Shown here: positions 10,814-20,098 of the stretch, one piece after another
Layout: every line of letters starts with the position of its first letter
How positions within the stretch are numbered: position 1 is the first letter of the stretch
NCBI GenBank assembly: GCA_965238175.1
Contig: CBDEGZ010000003.1
Location: 1,344,001 to 1,408,000 of the forward strand
Origin: Gammaproteobacteria bacterium
GTDB lineage: Bacteria > Pseudomonadota > Gammaproteobacteria > CAJXQU01
Direction of reading: 5' to 3'
Length of the DNA: 64,000 nt
Notes under the pieces: model-generated
Told to the model about the DNA's origin: nothing
The model's database searches: none
What the model saw: the letters and a program-made list of their open reading frames with translations, nothing else
Position numbers and translations under genes: made by a program

Positions 10814-10972
10814 CCTTTTAAGAAAAATTATAGGGCTTGCTGAGTGACTAACATCAATCCAATGGTGACTTAACCAACTGCACGACAACAAAACTAGTCT
10901 CCTGGCATACAACAATGATTGTAATGCTTTTTACTCCCACAGGGGTAAGCGACTTTTTTCGTGGTTTAATAT
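10814..10972. repeat. Diverged direct copy of 13659-13816 (SEC-C tail of the peptidase gene plus downstream DNA)
   Basis: Shared TTATAGGGCTTGCTGAGTGACTAACATCAATC and CCTGGCATACAACAATG...TTTTTACTCCCACAGGGG. Confidence 0.85.
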
Positions 10973-11247
10973 GGCATGTTTGATTGGCTGGGGTTTGGGA
11001 ATAGCTGGTGACAAAAGCTAACGAAAAGAGGTGACGTATTTATTTTACGAGCCATTATTACGGACTATTTGTGGAAAATAAATCTGACTCCAAATATTCG
11101 TATGGATAAGCTTTTCTTTCTGCTCCTTTAAAATAGTCCATATTATGTTCGATTTCTAGATCCATAATTTTTCCTTTCATTAAAATCTGCTTCTCACTTT
11201 TCTCTGAAGGTTAGCGATGATAATATCGCTCTTTAAGGAGGAAGGCC

Positions 11248-11283
11248 GTGTTCAAAACACTGCAGAAGTCAGAGCACCGTTAG
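11248..11283 (+). CDS. Putative leader peptide MFKTLQKSEHR
   Basis: TAAGGAGG SD at 11234-11241, 6 nt before GTG; followed by hairpins and a T-run before the aminotransferase. Confidence 0.35.
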   Translation: MFKTLQKSEHR

Positions 11284-11401
11284 TTATCCCTATTCACATA
11301 GGTTATCGAAACAGTTTAGCTCGCTTTCTGGTTGGTTTGTCTCGAGCTTTTTGTTAATTAGTCAGAAACATAAATGTGTAGATACTTAGGGATACTTTAA
11401 A

Positions 11402-12793
11402 ATGTCGAAGCAAACTTCAAAAAAAACAAATGAATTAATCTCTCCACTTTCCGGACTTAGACGTCTTATTGAAACTAATCAAATTGAAGCACCTAGCGAC
11501 GACTTTCTTAACGATAAGTCTGCAGTCTGGTCTCCGCATAATAAGATCATAAACGTTACACCTGGTCCCGCCTTTGGGTCTGAATTGGTTAATCAATTTG
11601 CATCTACCCAAACAAGAGGTATGCGGGGTCCAGGCGCAGCGGGTTTTTTTACAGCAGTTCGCCAAGAATACGGAAAATTAGTAGATATGCCAAAAGGAGG
11701 AATGCCCCTTTTCTTCACCGGCTCTGGGACATCTGCTACCGAGGCTGCTGCAGGCTCTTTGCGTACTCCGGATGAAATGAATTCCGACAAGAAAGTCATC
11801 TTAACTCTGGAGATCGGCAGCTTCAGTACGGCAATGGGCCATTGCGTTGAAAACCTGGGTAGGGGTGTGATTCGCCTAAAAGGTGAAGTTGGTGAAGATC
11901 TGCCGTTTGGTCAGTGCAGAGAAGTCTTAGAAAAAGACATTGAAGGTAACATCAAGATGGTTATGGCTCCGCATAACGAAACGGGCACGGGAGTTACTGC
12001 TAGCATTCAGAAATTACGTGACTTGCTGGATGAACTAAAACATCCTGCACTTCTTGTAATCGACGGCATTTCTTCTATCGCCAGTATGCCATGCTCTATG
12101 GCTAAAATGGGAATCGATATGCTGATTGGATGTAGCCAAAAGGGTTTGATGGCTACGCCAGGTATCGGAATGATTACGCTCAGCCCAAAAGCGGTGCAGA
12201 AAATTCGTGAGTCTGATCAACAGATGAAAGAAGGGGGGCTTAAAAAAGGCGAACACTACCTTAATCTTGCCAAGATGATTGAGGCTATGGAAACCGCTGG
12301 CCTACACTTAGAAACGCCACCAAATTACGCCCAATTAGCCGTGGCTTTGGATACGCTCGCTATCGAGGGCATTGATCGAGTTTGCGAGCGCCATAGAGAT
12401 TGTTCTGAAATCTTCCGTGCCGCCGTACAGGCTGCGGGCTTTGAGCTGGTCGTAAAAGATATCAATACGGCATCTAATGCGGTGACTGCAATCAAAGCAC
12501 CAGAAGGTTATGGAGAGAAAGAAATCCAAGAAGTTCTATGGATAATGTACAACAAGCACGCCGTAGAAGCTGCCGCTATTCCAGGCTATCCAGATCTGGG
12601 CTGGCGTCTTTGCGCTACAGGCGGTATCCAGCCTCAACATGCACTCATGGCTTCAATAGCCTTCTTGAAGTCGGTTGAAGAAGCTGGAATACCGGTTGAT
12701 TATGATAAGGGATTGGTTGCTGCGTCTAAGGTGTATGGAGAGGTTCTCAGGTATCATCGCCCTCTCCCTGGACTTGATATGTACGGAAGATAA
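11402..12793 (+). CDS. PLP-dependent class V aminotransferase (alanine/serine-glyoxylate aminotransferase-like)
   Basis: TPGP, GSGTSATEA, HNETGTG, DGISS and SQKGL (PLP lysine) motifs. Confidence 0.9.
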   Translation: MSKQTSKKTNELISPLSGLRRLIETNQIEAPSDDFLNDKSAVWSPHNKIINVTPGPAFGSELVNQFASTQTRGMRGPGAAGFFTAVRQEYGKLVDMPKGGMPLFFTGSGTSATEAAAGSLRTPDEMNSDKKVILTLEIGSFSTAMGHCVENLGRGVIRLKGEVGEDLPFGQCREVLEKDIEGNIKMVMAPHNETGTGVTASIQKLRDLLDELKHPALLVIDGISSIASMPCSMAKMGIDMLIGCSQKGLMATPGIGMITLSPKAVQKIRESDQQMKEGGLKKGEHYLNLAKMIEAMETAGLHLETPPNYAQLAVALDTLAIEGIDRVCERHRDCSEIFRAAVQAAGFELVVKDINTASNAVTAIKAPEGYGEKEIQEVLWIMYNKHAVEAAAIPGYPDLGWRLCATGGIQPQHALMASIAFLKSVEEAGIPVDYDKGLVAASKVYGEVLRYHRPLPGLDMYGR

Positions 12794-12814
12794 GTCTGTC
12801 AAAATATGAAGAAA

Positions 12815-12862
12815 CTGAAGGAAGGGCACTATTACATTAACTAAAGAAAGTCCTTCCTTCAG
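12815..12862. terminator. Stem-loop after the aminotransferase
   Basis: CTGAAGGAAGG / CCTTCCTTCAG 11-bp inverted repeat; no clear U-tract. Confidence 0.35.
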
Positions 12863-13058
12863 CGGCATAATAGTTGGGGTCATTTTGACGCCAATTAATT
12901 TTATAGTTATGCCAGACAATTATTAAATCAAGAACTGCCTATTTTTGCAGATACCACACAAAATCAGTACAAAATTATTAGCGATGATAAAATCAAAATT
13001 CAACTTGAGTAGTCGTTTATTTCCCTGCTTTGATGAAAACTCTATTTAAAGAGATTGA

Positions 13059-13559
13059 TTGAGAAAAATGGCAAAAATGACTTACCCTTGTCCTTGCGCC
13101 AGTGGTAAACTTTATCCTGACTGTTGTGAACTGATGCATAGGGGGAAAATTGACTCACCCAATGCAGAACAAACCATGCGTGCACGTTATACTGCATTTT
13201 GTTATGGTGAAATTGGCTATTTAGTGGATACCACGCATCCCAGAAAACGGCGTATTGGAGATTCATTTTCATTATCCAAACTGATCAAAAAGATCCGTTG
13301 GGTGGGCCTTAAAATTATCGAGTATCAATCTGGGAGTGAAGTCTCTTACGTCGACTTTGTCGCTTTCCGTATTGAACAGGGTCAGTTTGCACAACAACAC
13401 GAGCGTTCAAAATTTGTCTTCGTCAAAGATGAATGGTTTTATTTCGAAGGTGAAGAATTACCCTCAATAAAACTACAACGTAATGAACTTTGTTTTTGTG
13501 GCAGTGGTAAGAAATTTAAAAAATGCCATGGAACTTTGCCTGGTAAGTTGCGGCATTAA
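13059..13559 (+). CDS. ychJ: YchJ/UPF0225 family SEC-C motif protein
   Basis: CPCASGK..CC, MRARYTAF, YLVDTTHP, HERSKF and a C-terminal SEC-C motif; true start probably ATG 13068 or 13077. Confidence 0.85.
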   Translation: MRKMAKMTYPCPCASGKLYPDCCELMHRGKIDSPNAEQTMRARYTAFCYGEIGYLVDTTHPRKRRIGDSFSLSKLIKKIRWVGLKIIEYQSGSEVSYVDFVAFRIEQGQFAQQHERSKFVFVKDEWFYFEGEELPSIKLQRNELCFCGSGKKFKKCHGTLPGKLRH

Positions 13560-13736
13560 ATGGGCAGACTCGATTTGATTTATCAGTAACACCAGCAATT
13601 AAATAGTCAATATGATACTTGACCACTTTATTATTCAATCCTCCCAATCCCTCTTAGTCCTTTAAGAAAATTATAGGGCTTGCTGAGTGACTAACATCAA
13701 TCACTATAGTGATTTACCAATTGCACGATAATAAAA

Positions 13737-14579
13737 CTAATCCCCTGGCATACAACAATGCTTGTAACGCTTTTTACTCCCACAGGGGCAAGCGGCTTTT
13801 TTCCGCGGTTTAATATCATTCGCAATATTCATCACATCCTGTTGATAAATTTTTGATAGCGAAGAGAATAATTGTGGATGCTTATTTTTTAGCATTTTCG
13901 GGCGTTCAAAAAAATATTCAGAAGCAACCGCAAAAAATTCCACTCTATTCGTTGTCGCATAATCCCTTATATTGCTTTTGTTATTATTTATCGCTTTGAT
14001 TTTTTGTTCGACTAACTCAAACCACGGGATAGAAAATGCATATTCTTTTAACCGTTCGGGATAACCATCACATTCGCCATCGGCCATATCGACCAAATGT
14101 ACAAATTCATGAATACCAACATTTTGTTTATCTTTACTATTTTCAAATCCTTGATGAAGTGCTGGTCTACATAGTGCCAGTTTTCCAGCCATTGGCCCTG
14201 TTCCCACCATGCCTGTGATATTAGAATCTGGCTGGCCACATTCGAAATTTGTATTAAAACTGGCAGGTAATAAATAGACTGCATTGAGGTTAAAGTAATG
14301 CCATTTGGAAAAACCCCAAACTGGAATAACTGCACTTGCTGCTACCAAAAGACGGTCTTCATCAGACACTGTGAATTGCCCCACTTCAATTTCTGTTGTC
14401 TGCAAAAATAGTGACACACGTTGTTCAAAAAGTAGCTTGTGTTCTTCACTCAATACGCGATAAAAGGTCACTTTCTCTATCAGAAACCTGGACCATTGTT
14501 GTCGCCATTGAAGTTCTTTGTGTTGTTTTTCTAACCCAAGAAATTTTTGTAGAACTTCTTTGATCCAATTAATCATCAT
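13737..14579 (-). CDS. MtfA-like zinc-dependent peptidase (M90) with C-terminal SEC-C motif
   Basis: NVGIHEFVHLVD, YATTNRVEFFAVASEYFFERP and CPCGSKKRYKHCC. Confidence 0.85.
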   Translation of the reverse strand: MMINWIKEVLQKFLGLEKQHKELQWRQQWSRFLIEKVTFYRVLSEEHKLLFEQRVSLFLQTTEIEVGQFTVSDEDRLLVAASAVIPVWGFSKWHYFNLNAVYLLPASFNTNFECGQPDSNITGMVGTGPMAGKLALCRPALHQGFENSKDKQNVGIHEFVHLVDMADGECDGYPERLKEYAFSIPWFELVEQKIKAINNNKSNIRDYATTNRVEFFAVASEYFFERPKMLKNKHPQLFSSLSKIYQQDVMNIANDIKPRKKAACPCGSKKRYKHCCMPGD

Positions 14580-14753
14580 TTAATCTCGTAAATTCTCAAA
14601 AAAATATAACAGCTCTTGTTTTATCACTTCGGATTTTAGTAAATGTTATTGTTAAAGTTTTCACAAGTGAAGAGATAAATCAGGTCAGATTGAACCTGCT
14701 ACATTTTAACGGATACATTAAATAGGCGACAATATGCCTTTAGGAGTATCCAA

Positions 14754-15065
14754 ATGACCAGCAACAGAAAACCATACAAAACCTATACCCGAGAATTCAA
14801 ACTAGAAGCGTTACGCTTGATGGAGCAATCAGATAAACCGTCATCTGAGATTGCCGCTGAACTTGGTATACGGCGTAATCAGCTCTATAAATGGAAAGAA
14901 CAACTGACCGACAAAGGTGATACTGCATTCCCAGAACAACGTGGAAGGCCTAAGAAAGAAGCACAAAGTGAACTCACCACCTTACGCCAAGATAATGCAC
15001 GGCTGAAGGAGGAAGTTGAGATATTAAAAAAGGCCGCGGTGTACTTTGCAGGCGAACTCAAGTGA
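14754..15065 (+). CDS. IS3 transposase OrfA
   Basis: Protein identical to 5184..5495. Confidence 0.95.
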   Translation: MTSNRKPYKTYTREFKLEALRLMEQSDKPSSEIAAELGIRRNQLYKWKEQLTDKGDTAFPEQRGRPKKEAQSELTTLRQDNARLKEEVEILKKAAVYFAGELK

Positions 15066-15922
15066 AGTACGCCTTTATTAAAATACAACGTCGCCATCAC
15101 TCTGTGTCGTTATTATGTCGCACCCTGACTGTCTCAGTCAGTGGTTATTATGATTGGTTAGACAGGCCTCAAAGTAAGACACACTCAACGAATCAACGGT
15201 TACTGACGAAAATAAGATGTTTTCATCAAGCTAGTTTTAAGCGTTATGGTTCACCTCGGATACATCGAGACCTACTCGATTCAGGTGAAAAAGTAAGTCG
15301 ACCGCGTGTTGCACGTTTGATGAAGACTGCTGGCATTCAATCGAAGATGGCCAAACGGTTTGTGATTACAACCAATTCAAAAAATACCACAGCACCTGCA
15401 CCCGATAGGCTCAAACGTGAATTTCGTGTCAATGAAACAAATAAAGCCTGGGTAGCTGACACGACCTTTATTCGTACTCGGCAAGGTTGGTTATATTTGG
15501 CTACCATGATGGACTTGTATTCACGGCAAATTATTGGCTGGGCGATGTCTGAGCGTAATGACACCAAGCTAGTCACTGATGCGTTAACGATGTCGCTGTC
15601 ACGCAGAGACAAGGCAAAAGATGTGATTGTCCATTCCGACCAAGGCAGCACTTATGCCTCGGGTGATTATCGAAAGCTCATTAAAGATAATGGCTTCCTT
15701 TGTAGTATGAGCCGAAAAGGTGAATGCCATGATAATGCGGTCGCTGAAAGTTTCTTCGGCAGCCTCAAAACAGAGTTGGTTGATGATGAGGATTATCGAA
15801 CACGTAGCGATGCCAAACAAAGCCTATTTCACTATATTGAAGTGTTTTATAATCGAAGACGGAGGCATTCTTATTTAGGCTATGTTAGCCCTGTAGAATT
15901 TGAGCGGGCAAATGCCCCTTAG
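15062..15922 (+). CDS. IS3 transposase OrfB
   Basis: Protein identical to 4327..5187. Confidence 0.95.
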   Translation: MKYAFIKIQRRHHSVSLLCRTLTVSVSGYYDWLDRPQSKTHSTNQRLLTKIRCFHQASFKRYGSPRIHRDLLDSGEKVSRPRVARLMKTAGIQSKMAKRFVITTNSKNTTAPAPDRLKREFRVNETNKAWVADTTFIRTRQGWLYLATMMDLYSRQIIGWAMSERNDTKLVTDALTMSLSRRDKAKDVIVHSDQGSTYASGDYRKLIKDNGFLCSMSRKGECHDNAVAESFFGSLKTELVDDEDYRTRSDAKQSLFHYIEVFYNRRRRHSYLGYVSPVEFERANAP

Positions 15923-16284
15923 TTATTTGCTCCGTTAAAGTGTTGCAACCTCAGATCATTTTAATATACTCTCTCTACGTTTACCCTTAATAAATTAACA
16001 AATAGTATGTTTAAGAATTACCATGACTCTTATTAAATGTTTCTAATGTTGTCGAAGAATATCCAGTAATGAGTTTAGCAATAGAGGGCGATACTGAATT
16101 TGATCAAGACCATTTTACTTTTTTAAGAACAATAAAAAGCAACCAACTGATTACCATGGATGGAAATGGTAAAAGATTAAAATAGACACTTTAGTTAACC
16201 CAACAATATGAAACATACATTTCAAGTAGAGCAATTTATTTAAAACCAGATATTTTGATGATTTAGAAAAATCAAAATCCGCAG

Positions 16285-16650
16285 ATGAAACCGAAGAACA
16301 ATGTTCGATATGCTATTCTGAATTGATAGTAATTAGTTGTGTGCCCTGTCATGATTGTGGCAATTTTGAACATGAGATTGGACACTTTAAAGAAGGGCTG
16401 CATATTTATAGTTTACAAGGGGCTAGAATTACAGTTATGTAATTTTTTTGCCGTTGATTTTGGTTCATATTGTCCAGAAGCGTTTGGTTTTAATGATCGT
16501 ACTCAAATAGATTATTCTGATCTTGAGGTAGTTAAATTGATTGAGAAACCATTGTTGGAGAAAGATAAATTTTGTCCGCAATGCAAGAGATGGCTGAAGT
16601 GGTTAAGTTTTATAGCAAAAATCGAAGAATTGAAGAAAGAAATTACTTAA
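16285..16650 (+). pseudogene. Frameshifted paralog of the Cys-rich ORF 3028..3411
   Basis: ATGAAACCGAAGAAC start and YKGLELQLCNF...EKDKFCPQCKR tail match; small deletions break the frame; about 70 bp of upstream DNA is also shared. Confidence 0.85.
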
Positions 16651-16679
16651 TGTTTGGGCGAAATTAGAGTAAAGCATTT

Positions 16680-16753
16680 AGGGTCAGGTCTAGCTATGAA
16701 TGCACTTTCGAAAAGACTAATATGCTAGATGATTGATAGTTAGACCTGACCCT
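16680..16753. repeat. 13-bp perfect inverted repeat pair (GGGTCAG/CTGACCC type)
   Basis: AGGGTCAGGTCTA (16680-16692) and TAGACCTGACCCT (16741-16753). Confidence 0.75.
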
Positions 16754-16777
16754 TAGTTTTAAAGTTAATTATAAATA

Positions 16778-17371
16778 TTACCTATAATGAGATCCTCCAA
16801 CCCACAATACAAAAGAACGACGAACACCTTTAGTTACTTTTGTTACTCTATGCAGCATATATGAAGGGAAAATAAAGACTGCGCCTTTTGCTTTATTCGC
16901 TGTTATGAAACTATTATCTTCATAATTTCCTCCTGTGAATAATTGTAAATCTCCCCCTTCATATTCACTGGGGTCAGATAATTGAACCGTGATAGAGATT
17001 TTTCGATGTGAAACGCCTTGACCCATATCTTGATGCCAGTGGTAATGACCTTTGTCTGTAGCGTCATATTCTGTATATTGTATTTGATCTTGGATGTGAA
17101 ATAAGTCAAAGTTCCAAAGCTCATCGTTGGCAGTAACAGCCATATCGGATAATTTTTCATATAACCAATACCAGCTATCCTCTTGAGGGATCCATTTAAC
17201 TTTTGAAGAACGAAAATCATCTCCCGCCCCCATAGCTATACCTTTTTGAGCTTCTAAAGATTGAACTCTGGTATGAATTTCATTTAATTCTTCTTTATTA
17301 AAACCTTCTTCATACAAGTAATGATTCTGGGAATCATTTTCCTTTTGGTTAAAGTTTAAACTATTAAACAT
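16778..17371 (-). CDS. 2OG-Fe(II) oxygenase (P4Hc/PKHD-type hydroxylase-like)
   Basis: YHWHQD (HxD), RKISITVQLSDPSEYEGGDL, FPSYMLHRVTKVTKGVRRSFV. Confidence 0.9.
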   Translation of the reverse strand: MFNSLNFNQKENDSQNHYLYEEGFNKEELNEIHTRVQSLEAQKGIAMGAGDDFRSSKVKWIPQEDSWYWLYEKLSDMAVTANDELWNFDLFHIQDQIQYTEYDATDKGHYHWHQDMGQGVSHRKISITVQLSDPSEYEGGDLQLFTGGNYEDNSFITANKAKGAVFIFPSYMLHRVTKVTKGVRRSFVLWVGGSHYR

Positions 17372-17841
17372 AATGTTTGTTTTCTAAGACCAACATTTAC
17401 TAAACTTATACCCGCTCTTTGGTGAAGAAAATTAAAGTACCGTTTTCGTTATATTTTCTACACCTCCTAAATCAAACTAAATCGCCAAGAGCTGGTAATA
17501 TTGCAGTATCTATTGTTCCTATTATCCTCCATGAAAGTGTTAAAAAATATGTCCTTATAACTTACCCTTTTTACACATTTGCTCTCTAACCTTAGCAGTT
17601 GATATTTCATGTGCCTCAGATGGGTACGCATTCTATTATAACTCCCCTTTCTATAATTAATAGACTCAATATCCGAAGTTTTAATAATGTTAACAATTTA
17701 GTTTTTAGGAGTTATTCCAGATAATATCATGTGAAGTATTATCTAAAGATGAGGAGAAGCCATTTAAGTTAAGTATAAACAGAATCGATTAAGAGCAGGA
17801 GCACAAGGTCAGGCCTGGTTATTAGCCATCTAGTACTAATA

Positions 17842-19067
17842 TGTAGAAATTCAGATTTGATCTGACAGTTACCCAATTATCAGTAACCGACTGTCAGGTT
17901 AAGTTTAATTCACAAACTTTTCCTTCCAGATAGCTTGTCCGTCGATGAGTGTTTCCATCGGCGTCCTCCCGCAGCACATTTTGCCTTGGTGAGTTCGTTG
18001 AGTATTGTATTTGAGCAACCATTCGTCAAGGTCGAGTTGCAGTTCATCAATCGATTGGTAAATTTTCTTACGCAAAGCGACTTGATAAAACTCATTGAGG
18101 ATCGTCTTATGGAATCGCTCACAAATACCATTCGTCTGAGGTGATTTGACCTTGGTTTTGGTGTGTTCGATATTGTTCAACGCCATATAAAGCTGATAAT
18201 CATGCTGGTCAGCTCGCCCACAATACTCCGTCCCTCTATCTGTCAAAATGCGCAACATAGGCAAACGTTGTTCTTCGTAGAATGGGAGGACGCGGTCATT
18301 GAGCATGTCAGCTGCCGTAATCGGTGTTTTAGTCGGGTACAGTTTCGCGTGAGCGACCTTGCTGTAAGTATCAACAAACGTTTGTTGATAAACCCGACCA
18401 ATGCCTTTGAAAGTACCGACATAGTAAGTATCTTGCGAGCCAAGATAACCAGGGTGTGCCGTCTCTATCTCGCCACAAGCCTCATCGTCGTCTTTTTTGC
18501 GTTCCATCGCCGCGACTTGAGACTCAGTGAGGATCAAGCCTTCACCAGCTACCTTATCAGACAATGCCTTCAGGCGATCTTTAAAGCAAGCAAGACCATG
18601 ACGAAGCCAGATACAACGAACGCCACTGGGTGAGACAAATGTTCCCCGTTTGCGCAGCTCGTTACTGGTGCGCGTTTGACCATGTGCGGGCTCTTCCAGT
18701 GCATACTCGAGCACAACGGTTTCAATAGCCGGGTCGATTCTGTTTTTAAGATTTGGGGTACGCCGATTACGATCAAACAAGGCTTCTACACCGCCTTCAT
18801 CAGCCGCTTCTTTGTAGCGATAAAATGTATCTCTGGACAAACCCATCATCTTGCAGGCTTTTGAGACATTGCCGAGTTCTTCAGCGAGATTGAGTAGACC
18901 AACTTTATGTTTTATAACTTTGTCATTAGTATGAATCATGAGAGTTACCTCTTTGTGTTTTGATGTTTACGTTGCAGTTACATCAAAGCGGGTAACTCTC
19001 ACTAAATCAAGCGTCGCTACGCTCCGCTTGATTTAGTGATGTGTCAGATTGGGTCTAAACTTCTACA
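17842..19067 (-). mobile_element. IS481-family insertion sequence, copy 1 (1226 bp)
   Basis: TGTAGAA...TTCTACA ends; flanked by direct repeat ACTAATA. Confidence 0.95.
17905..18939 (-). CDS. IS481-family transposase
   Basis: PGYLGSQDT, LTDRGTEYCG, PQTNGICERFH motifs. Confidence 0.95.
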   Translation of the reverse strand: MIHTNDKVIKHKVGLLNLAEELGNVSKACKMMGLSRDTFYRYKEAADEGGVEALFDRNRRTPNLKNRIDPAIETVVLEYALEEPAHGQTRTSNELRKRGTFVSPSGVRCIWLRHGLACFKDRLKALSDKVAGEGLILTESQVAAMERKKDDDEACGEIETAHPGYLGSQDTYYVGTFKGIGRVYQQTFVDTYSKVAHAKLYPTKTPITAADMLNDRVLPFYEEQRLPMLRILTDRGTEYCGRADQHDYQLYMALNNIEHTKTKVKSPQTNGICERFHKTILNEFYQVALRKKIYQSIDELQLDLDEWLLKYNTQRTHQGKMCCGRTPMETLIDGQAIWKEKFVN

Positions 19068-19403
19068 ACTAATAGCTGACTCTGAGGGATCCTCACGAAA
19101 TTGGTCTGGATGTTTAACTCCACAGCAGCTCTCCCATGAGTTGCTGTATGCATTCAAATGCCAAGCTCCGATCTGTAGATACCATCTCTCACAACCAATC
19201 GCAAGCTACTATTTTAAGTCACTTGTGATTGATAAAACTGAACAGATTCAATTGTTCTGTTTTTAAATTCCTGAAGAATTGTCTCACCACATTATTATGC
19301 CCAAAACATTTTGTGGGGCAGGCTCTTCCAACAATTACGACGACTCATACTGAAGTCGATGGGAACAAACTCTCCCACTTTATCGAAAATAAACTTCCCT
19401 TAA

Positions 19404-20060
19404 CTAATCCCTTAGACTCATAACTTTCCAACCATGTTTCTTCGCAATTTTTTCTAGTCCAGGATCAGGATCAACAGCAACAGGATTATCGACTTGTTCT
19501 AATAATGGGATATCATTACGAGAGTCACTATAAAACCAACTACCTTCGAATGAATGATCACGATTCTTAAGCCACGCTTCCAAGCGTGTGATTTTGCCTT
19601 CTGCGAAAGAAGGTGTTCCAGCAACATTGCCTGTATACCTGCCATTAATTATTTCGGGCTCGGTCGCAATAAGCTCATCAATTCCAAAGAGTTGAGAGAT
19701 AGGTTCGGTAATAAAACGGTTAGTCGCCGTTATGATCAGTAATTGGTGATTTTGTTGTCGATGGTGATTAACTAGGGCTTGGGCTTTTGGCAGCAAGATA
19801 GGTTTGATCATTTCTTTGAGATAATCTTGCCTCCAGGCGTTTAAAGTTTCCATATTGTTTTTGCCCAAAATTTCCAATTGGAAACTAAGGAAATCCATAA
19901 TGTCCAGGTTACCATTGAGATAATCCTGATAATAATTGGCGTGTCTGCGAGCATGCTCTGCTACATCTACCTTACCTCTTTTACAGAGGTAATCCCCCCA
20001 TAAAGTATCGCTGTCACCACCAATGAGTGTGTTGTCGAGATCGAATATTGCGAGTGTCAT
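19404..20060 (-). CDS. HAD-IB family phosphatase
   Basis: FDLDNTLI, ITATN, FYSDSRND motifs; conserved divergent position next to rppH. Confidence 0.9.
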   Translation of the reverse strand: MTLAIFDLDNTLIGGDSDTLWGDYLCKRGKVDVAEHARRHANYYQDYLNGNLDIMDFLSFQLEILGKNNMETLNAWRQDYLKEMIKPILLPKAQALVNHHRQQNHQLLIITATNRFITEPISQLFGIDELIATEPEIINGRYTGNVAGTPSFAEGKITRLEAWLKNRDHSFEGSWFYSDSRNDIPLLEQVDNPVAVDPDPGLEKIAKKHGWKVMSLRD

Positions 20061-20098
20061 AAGTTGCCTATTGGCTCAAATTTTGAAAGAATCATCAT

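Larger units (their letters stand above)
14691..15953 (+). mobile_element. IS3-family insertion sequence, copy 2
   Basis: Same element as 4296-5558; 3-bp target duplication GAT. Confidence 0.95.

Noticed and set aside
4296-15953. Composite transposon formed by the two inverted IS3 copies
   Set aside because: Copy 2 has its own GAT duplication and the outer flanks (GCT/GAT) do not match, which favours independent insertions
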